In this document: one piece after another, positions 56,758 through 64,000 of the stretch
How positions within the stretch are numbered: position 1 is the stretch's first letter
Layout of the letters: every line of letters starts with the position of its first letter
Source of the DNA: Candidatus Micrarchaeota archaeon
GTDB lineage: Archaea; Micrarchaeota; Micrarchaeia; Anstonellales; JAGGVH01
Assembly (NCBI GenBank): GCA_021158105.1
Contig: JAGGVH010000038.1
Coordinates: forward strand, 11,387 to 75,386
Direction of reading: 5' to 3'
DNA length: 64,000 bases
The notes under the pieces: model-generated
Databases searched by the model: none
What the model saw: only the letters and a program-made list of their open reading frames with translations
Told to the model about the DNA's origin: nothing
Position numbers and translations under genes: made by a program

Positions 56758-59751
56758 ATGAATATTGCCGACAAAGAAATAGAACAACTGAAAAAATGGG
56801 AAAAGGATAAGGCATATGACAAAGTTAATAACAAAAATAAAGAAGGTGAAGAATGGTATTTCTGCGACGGGCCACCGTACGCAACAGGTCAAATGCATCC
56901 CGGGACTGCTTATAACAAATGTGCAAAAGATGCGATATTGAGATATAAACGATGGAGGGGGTATAATGTATTAGCACGGGCGGGGTATGACACTCATGGT
57001 CTGCCGATTGAGGTTAAAGTCGAGAAAGATTTGGGTGTCAAACACAAAAATGATATTGAAAAGATAGGTGTTGAAAAATTTATCAAGAAATGTAAAGAGT
57101 TCGCAACTGAACATTTATCAAAAATGTCAAAAGATTTTATCAGGGCAGGAGTATGGATGGATTTTGACGACCCATACCTTACATACACAAGGGAATACAT
57201 TGAACCTGTATGGGGCGCAATAAAAAAGATTAATGATAACGGGTTGTTATATCGTGGGTCATCAGTCTTGCCATATTGCCCAAGGTGTGAAACGCCACTG
57301 GCAAATTATGAATTGGAATATAGTATGATAAAAAGCCCCAGCATCTTTGTAAAGTTTAAGGTCAAAGATACTGAAAACGAATATTTGATAATATGGACGA
57401 CTACGCCGTGGACATTAGTTGCAAACATGGCAGTAATGGTCCACCCCAGCGAAACATATGTAAAAGTCAAACCTGATGATAAGGATGAAGTATGGATTAT
57501 TGCAAAAGCCAGGATGGAGCACTTGTCAGAACTGTTAAACATAAATCTTACAGTGCTGAGTGAAATGAGCGGGAAACGCATTGACGGAACAAAGTATGAA
57601 TCACCGTTAGGCGTCAGGCCAGAAGTTGAACGCAGGGTAGTATTATCTGATGAATATGTTACAATGGATGAAGGTTCTGGGTTGGTCCACTGTGCACCGG
57701 GCCACGGACCAGAGGATTACATTATAGGAAAGAGGTATGATATTGAACCGTTTTCACCTGTTGACGACAATGGAAATTTTACTGAAGCTGCTGGGAAGTA
57801 TAAAGGCAAGAATGTTCTTGAAATTAATGATGAGATCATAAATGAATTGAAAGATAAAGGTATACTCCTGCACAGTGGCACGATTGAACATAGGTATCCC
57901 CATTGTTGGAGGTGTAAAACACCATTAATATTCCGAACTACTAAGCAATGGTTTGCAAAGATAAGCGATGTTAAAGAGAAAATGATTGACGAGATAGATA
58001 AGGTAAACTGGATACCAGACTTTGCAAGAACACGATTTTCTGATTTTGTATCAAACGCTCCCGACTGGTGCATTTCACGGCAGAGATACTGGGGCATACC
58101 AATACCAATCTGGGTAAACGAGGATGATGAAACAGATTACATTGTATTGGGAAGTTTTGATGAGTTGCCTGAAGAGATTGAAGATGTTCACAGGCCGTAT
58201 GTTGACAAAGTTATCATTGAAAAGGATGGAAAAAAATACAAAAGAGTTCCAGACGTGTTGGACGTATGGATAGACTCAGGAAACGCTGTGTGGTCCGGGT
58301 TGCACCCAGAATTACGAAAAGAGAAGAACAAAACACAATTTATCATTGAAGGTAAGGACCAAACCCGTGGCTGGTTCTATTCATTATTAGGCATGGGGGT
58401 CATGACACAAGGGTATGCACCTTATGAAAGTATTATGATGCACGGGTTTTTTGTTGATGAGAAAGGAGAAAAGATGAGCAAAAGTATGGGCAATTTTATA
58501 CCGTTTGATGAGATTGTTGAAAAGTACGGTGCTGATGCGTTCAGGGTATGGGCATTGTCATCAGTGCCATGGAATGATTTAGTGTTTTCATGGGGAGGAA
58601 TAAAAGAAGCATATTCTTTTGTGAACACTGTTGACAACATTGCAGTATACCTCAAACGTTTTGCAGATGACGTTCCATATGAAACGCCAATAGTCAACGA
58701 ACTGACAAACATTGAAGACAGATGGTTGATTTCAAAGTTTAACCAAACACTCAAAAAATGCGAAGAGGAATACGATAAATACCATTTCCACACTGCATCA
58801 CGCGAGATAGTTAAATTCATATTGGACGATATCAGCAGATTTTACATGAAACTTATAAAATCAAGGAATGACAAAGATGGGTTGAAAGTATTAAAATACA
58901 TATTTATAGAATCCCTCAAAATGTTAAACCCTATCGCGCCTTTTGTAACTGAAAGAGCTTATGCCAACATAATCCCAAATCACAAAGAAACCATCTGCTT
59001 AGAAGATTGGCCTGCACCAGTAGGCGTTGCAGACAACACATTACTGTCAGACATGGAAATCATTAAAGAGATATTCCCTGAAATAATCTCTGCAAGACAC
59101 AAGATAGGAATAAAACTAAGATGGCCGATCGACACTGTTAAAATATACCCATACGACGACATAGTATCAACTGCTGTTGAAAGATTGAGTAACATCATTA
59201 AAGTAATGGCAAACATCCACTCAGTTGAAACTGTAAAAGAACCGTTAGGTAAAATAAAAATACAATATGATTCATCATTGCCAAAAGAAGAAATTGAAAA
59301 GATTGATCATCTCGTTAAAGAAAACATGTATGAACTTGAAAAGAAGCTTAACGTTGGAAAGAGTGTAACAATAGAAGATAAAAAGATATCACCAGAATAT
59401 ATAACAATAAAAGAAGAAGCTGATGACTATTATGTAAACTATTTCTCAGGCGGAAAAATCTATGTGCACACAAAACTTCCAAAAGACGTCATTGAAGAAG
59501 GCATCGCACGGGAAGTGATAAGGAGGCTGCAGTCAATGAGGAAGGAGCTAAAACTCATTGAAAAGAACAAGATAAATGTCATCTATTCTGCTGACGATGA
59601 CGTAACCAAGGCAATTGACAAATTCAAAGACATGATAACAACCAAGGTAAACGCAGTTAAATTTGATAAAGGTAAACCAAAAGGTAATGAATGGAAGATT
59701 CAGGGGATTAAGAACGAATACATATTTAAAGCTGAAATACAAAAAATATAA
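56758..59751 (+). CDS. ileS: Isoleucyl-tRNA synthetase (archaeal/eukaryote type)
   Basis: DGPPYATG, HPGT (HIGH), GYDTHGLPIE, WTTTPWTL, DWCISRQRYWG, EGKDQTRGWF, KMSKS. Confidence 0.97.
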   Translation: MNIADKEIEQLKKWEKDKAYDKVNNKNKEGEEWYFCDGPPYATGQMHPGTAYNKCAKDAILRYKRWRGYNVLARAGYDTHGLPIEVKVEKDLGVKHKNDIEKIGVEKFIKKCKEFATEHLSKMSKDFIRAGVWMDFDDPYLTYTREYIEPVWGAIKKINDNGLLYRGSSVLPYCPRCETPLANYELEYSMIKSPSIFVKFKVKDTENEYLIIWTTTPWTLVANMAVMVHPSETYVKVKPDDKDEVWIIAKARMEHLSELLNINLTVLSEMSGKRIDGTKYESPLGVRPEVERRVVLSDEYVTMDEGSGLVHCAPGHGPEDYIIGKRYDIEPFSPVDDNGNFTEAAGKYKGKNVLEINDEIINELKDKGILLHSGTIEHRYPHCWRCKTPLIFRTTKQWFAKISDVKEKMIDEIDKVNWIPDFARTRFSDFVSNAPDWCISRQRYWGIPIPIWVNEDDETDYIVLGSFDELPEEIEDVHRPYVDKVIIEKDGKKYKRVPDVLDVWIDSGNAVWSGLHPELRKEKNKTQFIIEGKDQTRGWFYSLLGMGVMTQGYAPYESIMMHGFFVDEKGEKMSKSMGNFIPFDEIVEKYGADAFRVWALSSVPWNDLVFSWGGIKEAYSFVNTVDNIAVYLKRFADDVPYETPIVNELTNIEDRWLISKFNQTLKKCEEEYDKYHFHTASREIVKFILDDISRFYMKLIKSRNDKDGLKVLKYIFIESLKMLNPIAPFVTERAYANIIPNHKETICLEDWPAPVGVADNTLLSDMEIIKEIFPEIISARHKIGIKLRWPIDTVKIYPYDDIVSTAVERLSNIIKVMANIHSVETVKEPLGKIKIQYDSSLPKEEIEKIDHLVKENMYELEKKLNVGKSVTIEDKKISPEYITIKEEADDYYVNYFSGGKIYVHTKLPKDVIEEGIAREVIRRLQSMRKELKLIEKNKINVIYSADDDVTKAIDKFKDMITTKVNAVKFDKGKPKGNEWKIQGIKNEYIFKAEIQKI

Positions 59752-59752
59752 C

Positions 59753-60030
59753 TGGCACGGGGAGGATCGCTGACGGTGTCCGCATGGATGCTGAGGAAGG
59801 TCCACCCACTGACCCGTTTACTAGAACGGGTAAAAAACAGGCGCCGCAAGGCACGACCGGGAGACTGGTCAGAAGAGGAACAGAAACGCTCCCTGCTCGT
59901 GTGCACTATGAAGACCGCTGAGGTTGCACGTGATGGGATGAAACGGCCTCTTCTCTGTTGCAGTGCAAGCCCTTTCGGGCGCGTAGTATAATGCGATCAC
60001 GAACAAAAGGTGGCCTACTACCCCGTGCCA
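59753..60030 (+). ncRNA. rnpB: RNase P RNA
   Basis: P1 TGGCACGGGG/CCCCGTGCCA, P2 GATCGC/GCGATC, P4 halves GAGGAAGGTCCACC and AACAAAAGGTGGCCTACT, and conserved ACAGAAAC and GAAACGG. GC-rich island. Confidence 0.93.
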
Positions 60031-60564
60031 TTACAATCTCATCCAAACAGCATCATGATATCTATTCTTATGCTTGATCCATTTTGGAAATACTGCAAAC
60101 TCTTTGAACCCTATTTTTGTGTATAACCTTTCAGCTGCAGTGTTGCCTCTAATATAACTAATTGCAATGTTCTTTGGCTTCCATTTCTGTTTAGTTTTTT
60201 TTATCACTGTGGTTAACATGATATTGCCCAATTCTTTTCTTCTCATCTCTTTAGCTATGGCTATCCCAAAAGTAACATTACCCTTTTCTTTAAACTTTCC
60301 ACGTCGAGCGTCACAAGTACCTACTATCCTCCCACCCTTTTCTGCTATTAACCGTATTAATTCTCCGTGTTTTATTCTTTTACAGCCGTCCTCCACCCAT
60401 TTTTTCTCAGCCTCTAGAGTTGTTGGTTTATCCATAAGAATGTATGCACCCTCACGAATGATTGGATTGATAAAATTCAAGAACTTTTTAGGATCTTCCT
60501 TTTTAGGGTTGACACTCTGCCATCTTAAACTTACTATTGTGCCATCCTTTAGAGTGACCTTCAT
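60031..60564 (-). CDS. GNAT-family acetyltransferase (RimJ/RimL-like)
   Basis: IVG, FGIAIAKEMRRKELG, NTAAERLYTKIGF. SD GGGGGTGA precedes ATG 60564. Confidence 0.85.
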   Translation of the reverse strand: MKVTLKDGTIVSLRWQSVNPKKEDPKKFLNFINPIIREGAYILMDKPTTLEAEKKWVEDGCKRIKHGELIRLIAEKGGRIVGTCDARRGKFKEKGNVTFGIAIAKEMRRKELGNIMLTTVIKKTKQKWKPKNIAISYIRGNTAAERLYTKIGFKEFAVFPKWIKHKNRYHDAVWMRL

Positions 60565-60595
60565 CCGCTCACCCCCTTTGGAAAATTTAGCGCTA

Positions 60596-60659
60596 AGTTG
60601 CATAAAATCGGTTTTAATGCAATTTAGGTTGCATAAGCTTATAAATTTATGCTACCTAA
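60596..60659. repeat. Palindromic repeat pair upstream of the ATPase (left copy of the 40-bp direct repeat, 60596-60635)
   Basis: AGTTGCATAAAATCGGTTTTAATGCAA, then AGGTTGCATAA-gcttataaat-TTATGCTACCT bracketing the TATA box. Confidence 0.85.
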
Positions 60660-60667
60660 ACACAATC

Positions 60668-61687
60668 ATGTACTTTGACATCGGCCCAAAAGAAAAGATT
60701 AGGGACTTCTACAATTACAGGGAAGAGTATAAGAAAATAAAAACAGCTTTGAACAGAGGTGAAAAACTCATTGCAATCACAGGTGTAAGAAGGGTGGGAA
60801 AAACAAGCCTTATGAATATTTTGTTTAATGAACTAGATGGAATAAATGTTTGGGCAGACGGTCGGATAATAAGAAACGCAGCTCATTTAATTTCAATTTT
60901 AGAACAAGGAATAAAACAAAAGGGTGGAATCTTTGGGTCTATTAAAAGTATAGGGATATCAATAGCAGGTATAAGTCTAACCACAGAACCTTCTATCCCC
61001 AAAGCAGAAAGGTTTATACGAAGAAGAGGAAAAGTCCATCTTTTCATTGATGAAGCACAGTATGCTAATTCTTTAGAAATTGCCAAAGCCCTATCCTATA
61101 TTTATGACAGGTTACCAAACGTTCAAACAATAATCTCAGGTAGTGAAATACGTCTCATTAACGAAGTTTTAGGGGTGGAAAACAGTTCTCATCCATTATA
61201 CGGAAGAAGAGTTGAGTTGATTGAACTAAAAAGATTAACAAAGGACAAATCCTTAGAATTTCTTAAGTTAGGCTTTAAACAACCTCATAAAAGAGTGCCA
61301 AATAATGAATTAAAAGAGGTTGTCGAAAGGTTGGACGGACTTATTGGATGGCTCACCCTGTATGGTTACGAAAGAGCGATTGCCAACAACGAAAAACCTT
61401 TAGAAAGAGTTGAGTCCATTGCGATAGGGATAGTGGAAGGAGAACTTAAGCAGTTATTAAAGGATAAAAGAAACAAAAGGTTGTACCTATCAATATTAAA
61501 GTATGCTAATAACAGAAGATGGAAAGAGTTATTATCCGTTGTTAGAGATGAAATAGGCAAAGTGAACAATAGTTCATTCAGCAGAGCACTAAAAGAACTT
61601 ACAAGATACTCTTTTATTGAAAAGGTAAACGAAAAATATTCAATAGCAGACCCTATCATAAAAACTACTGTCATGAAGAAGTTTTAA
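60668..61687 (+). CDS. Archaeal ATPase (ATPase_2/COG1672-like) with C-terminal winged helix
   Basis: MYFD..PK...DFYNYREE, GVRRVGKTS, FIDEAQY, ISGSE, PLYGR, LDGLIGWL, and terminal wHTH ending ADPII. Confidence 0.88.
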   Translation: MYFDIGPKEKIRDFYNYREEYKKIKTALNRGEKLIAITGVRRVGKTSLMNILFNELDGINVWADGRIIRNAAHLISILEQGIKQKGGIFGSIKSIGISIAGISLTTEPSIPKAERFIRRRGKVHLFIDEAQYANSLEIAKALSYIYDRLPNVQTIISGSEIRLINEVLGVENSSHPLYGRRVELIELKRLTKDKSLEFLKLGFKQPHKRVPNNELKEVVERLDGLIGWLTLYGYERAIANNEKPLERVESIAIGIVEGELKQLLKDKRNKRLYLSILKYANNRRWKELLSVVRDEIGKVNNSSFSRALKELTRYSFIEKVNEKYSIADPIIKTTVMKKF

Positions 61688-61703
61688 TTTAGAACCTGTA
61701 GGG

Positions 61704-61764
61704 AGTTGCATAAAATCGGTTTTAATGCAACTTGAGTTGCATAGATATCCAATTGAACGCAACT
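61704..61764. repeat. Palindromic repeat pair downstream of the ATPase (right copy of the 40-bp direct repeat, 61704-61743)
   Basis: 27 bp identical to 60596-60622, then a second AGTTGC...GCAACT unit 31 bp later. Confidence 0.85.
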
Positions 61765-61807
61765 AAAAAACACAACCCATAAAGAAGCCATAAAAGATAT
61801 AAAGAAC

Positions 61808-62176
61808 TCATAATGGTCTCTCAACCTCAACATGTTTAATCTCTCTTATATAATCTTTCAAAAATTCTAACACCTTATCAACATCAAACTTCTTGCATGT
61901 AAATATGTCAAGGGCGCAATAACCATTTTCAAAAAAAGTGTGGAGTGCAATGTGGCTATAATCAACAATTACAAACCCTGTAAACCCATCATTATAAGGT
62001 TTGCCGCGCACGACAACTGGTCCGTAAAGAATGATGACATCAATAAACTCTGCAATATTTGTAAGGAACTGCTTAATCTTATCTTCACTGTTCAGTTTAT
62101 CAGTATATTCTCCTTCAACAATCAAATGAACCCAGCCATCACCAGTATTCTTATTAATGCTAACGCCATCATTCAT
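61808..62176 (-). CDS. speD: S-adenosylmethionine decarboxylase proenzyme family (pyruvoyl-dependent)
   Basis: HLIVEG, GFTGFVIVDYSHIALHTF and ALDIFTCK. The cleavage site reads YSH instead of ESH. Confidence 0.75.
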   Translation of the reverse strand: MNDGVSINKNTGDGWVHLIVEGEYTDKLNSEDKIKQFLTNIAEFIDVIILYGPVVVRGKPYNDGFTGFVIVDYSHIALHTFFENGYCALDIFTCKKFDVDKVLEFLKDYIREIKHVEVERPL

Positions 62177-62229
62177 ACATAATATTTTGCCAGAATAAAT
62201 TTATAAATTCATACCACTTTACTACAACC

Positions 62230-63399
62230 ATGAAAAAGGTTGTTCTTCTGATAATGGACGGGCTAGGTGACGGACCAACAGATAATGGGTCGCTAGCAAA
62301 GGCAAAAACACCCAACATTGACAACATGAAAAAAGAACATGGTGTGTGTGGAGGAATGATAACATTAGGCAAAGGCATAACACCGCACAGTGATAATGCG
62401 CACTTAGTACTTTTTGGTTACCCTCTTAACAGGTACTACGTTGGGAGAGGAACGTATGAGGCATTGGGTGCGGGCATAAGAATGAAACCCGGAGACATTG
62501 CATTCAGGGCAAACTTTGCAACTGTAAAAGATAATATTGTAATTGATAGAAGGGCAGGAAGAATAAAAACAGAGATTGCACACAAGATTGCGCAACATAT
62601 TAAACACATAAACATTGAAGGGGTTGACATAACATTCACACCAACAATCGAACATCGCGGTGTTGTGCTATTAAGGGGAAAGGGGTTATCACACAGGATA
62701 ACTGGCACTGACCCACACAAGATAAACGTCAGGTGGGCAAGGTGCAAACCCTTAAACAAAAAAGCAAAGAAGACTGCTGAAATCATTAACAAATATATGG
62801 TATGGGTGCATCAACAATTGGAAAAAGTGAAAACCCAAAGAAAACTTAAACCAAACTTCTTACTACTTCGCGGAGCAGGGTATTATAAAAAGGTGCCAGG
62901 CATTAAAGAGAGGTTTGGAATACGTGCAGTGGCAGTTGCAGGGGGGGCGCTGTATAAAGGCGTAGCACGGTTTGTTGGGATGGATACGCCAGACATCAAA
63001 GGTGCAACAGGCGATAAACATACAGATTTGAACGCAAAGTTTAATTCTGCATACAATTACCTGAGAACAAACGATTTAGTATTCCTTCATATAAAAGCAA
63101 CAGACTCGTTTTCTCATGATAAAGATTGTAAAGGCAAACAGAAATTCATTGAAAAGGTTGACAAGCACATTTTAAAATTAACAAAACGGGCTGATTATAT
63201 CATGATAACCGGCGACCATTCCACACCTTGCACACTCGGCGAACACAGTGCAGACCCTGTTCCTTTTATGTTATGGGGCAAAGGCATTGATCCAGACAAT
63301 GTAAGATTTAATGATGTTGATGCATTAAAAGGTGCACTGAAAACATTCTATGGAAAAGAAGTCATGAAAAGCATAGTAAAACTGATAAAAAATGAATAG
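62230..63399 (+). CDS. apgM: 2,3-bisphosphoglycerate-independent phosphoglycerate mutase (archaeal type)
   Basis: MDGLGD, AKTPNID, SDNAHL, GRG.YEALG, AFRANFAT, DRRAGRI, HIKATD.FSHD, TGDHSTP, HSADPVP. Confidence 0.93.
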   Translation: MKKVVLLIMDGLGDGPTDNGSLAKAKTPNIDNMKKEHGVCGGMITLGKGITPHSDNAHLVLFGYPLNRYYVGRGTYEALGAGIRMKPGDIAFRANFATVKDNIVIDRRAGRIKTEIAHKIAQHIKHINIEGVDITFTPTIEHRGVVLLRGKGLSHRITGTDPHKINVRWARCKPLNKKAKKTAEIINKYMVWVHQQLEKVKTQRKLKPNFLLLRGAGYYKKVPGIKERFGIRAVAVAGGALYKGVARFVGMDTPDIKGATGDKHTDLNAKFNSAYNYLRTNDLVFLHIKATDSFSHDKDCKGKQKFIEKVDKHILKLTKRADYIMITGDHSTPCTLGEHSADPVPFMLWGKGIDPDNVRFNDVDALKGALKTFYGKEVMKSIVKLIKNE

Positions 63400-63999
63400 T
63401 TAAAAAGACACTGTAAACCCTACAAACGGTGTAACTTCAACATCTTTAAAGTTCTCAAATTCAGTTCCTGCGGTTACGCCAATTCTTCTGTAAAAGACAC
63501 TGCCTGAAACTGAAGCCTTTGACCCTTCTGGATTGTAGGGATAGGATATTGGCAAATAATAAGACACTTCTGGTTCAAACCACCACTGACCACCAGATAC
63601 AGAACGACCCAAACCGATGTCCAGTTTAATTCTTGTTCGCACATGTCTTAGTGTGAACGAATATTTTGAATCCTTTAACATGAGAGGTTTATAATTTACA
63701 GGGTCCTTTCTCTCATGAACAGTACTGACCACAGATGCATCAAACTGTATTCTAGGCGTTGCAACGCCCATCCCAAACAGATATTCGCTTGTTGTTAGGG
63801 ATATACTATCATTTTCGATTGCCCCACCAATTATAAACGAAAATATATTGCCTGTCTCAAACTCAAAAGATGTATTACTTTCAGACGCATGAACATCGAA
63901 CCTTATCTTTCTAACAGGTGCCCTTGCCAACTTTTCTACTCTTTTTTTGGATTCTTCCTCCCTTCTTAATATACGTGCAGTTAACTCTCCTGCAATTTC
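63400..63999 (-). CDS. Hypothetical beta-strand-rich protein (5' partial)
   Basis: Frame stays open to the window end. The C-terminal part has alternating strands and ends VTPFVGFTVSF. Confidence 0.55.
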   Translation of the reverse strand, partial: EIAGELTARILRREEESKKRVEKLARAPVRKIRFDVHASESNTSFEFETGNIFSFIIGGAIENDSISLTTSEYLFGMGVATPRIQFDASVVSTVHERKDPVNYKPLMLKDSKYSFTLRHVRTRIKLDIGLGRSVSGGQWWFEPEVSYYLPISYPYNPEGSKASVSGSVFYRRIGVTAGTEFENFKDVEVTPFVGFTVSF

Positions 64000-64000
64000 A

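Noticed and set aside
56896-56910. HPGT variant of the IleRS HIGH motif as a sign of inactivity or drug resistance
   Set aside because: HxGT variants are ordinary in archaeal IleRS and all other motifs are intact.
59548-59991. Short ORFs 59548-59805, 59700-59906 and 59776-59991
   Set aside because: They overlap ileS and the RNase P RNA; the GC-rich structured RNA explains the open frames.
60167-60667. N-terminal 167-aa extension of the ATPase ORF
   Set aside because: It is the antisense shadow of the GNAT gene. The family-typical start MYFD at 60668 follows a TATA box.
60596-61764. CRISPR mini-array or integron attC sites
   Set aside because: Only two copies about 1.1 kb apart, no spacers or cas genes, and no attC-type RYYYAAC...GTTRRRY arrangement recognised.
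1-64000. tRNA/rRNA genes, diversity-generating retroelement, or stop-codon recoding
   Set aside because: No cloverleaf or rRNA-like tract, no reverse transcriptase or TR/VR pair noticed, and conserved genes are full length under the standard code.

Overview
Gene-dense, AT-rich archaeal chromosomal segment. Markers include PheT, IleRS, FEN1 with a PIP box, Cdc6/Orc1, aMBF1, class I HMG-CoA reductase, geranylgeranyl reductase, ApgM, archaeal RNase P RNA and a box C/D sRNA. The content suggests a DPANN, probably Micrarchaeota-like, lineage (inference). The dominant feature is two convergently oriented, paralogous envelope operons: A at 6354-26893 (+) and B at 35374-52913 (-). Each has six polytopic membrane proteins of one family, matching 1:1 in order between the operons, plus a Cys-rich lipoprotein-like protein and a giant membrane-anchored protein. 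Only operon A carries an FtsK/HerA/VirB4-class ATPase module. This looks like a chromosomal, duplicated T4SS/Ced-like contact or transfer machine with no relaxase or integrase. Other notable items: a C/D sRNA whose guides match the 16S decoding site (Cm1402) and the anti-Shine-Dalgarno end; a reduced RNase P RNA; two stand-alone ATPase genes with phased palindrome arrays, one bracketed by a 40-bp direct repeat; a probable IS200/IS605-end remnant; and an active/degenerate PHP gene pair. All calls come from reading motifs by eye; no searches were run.
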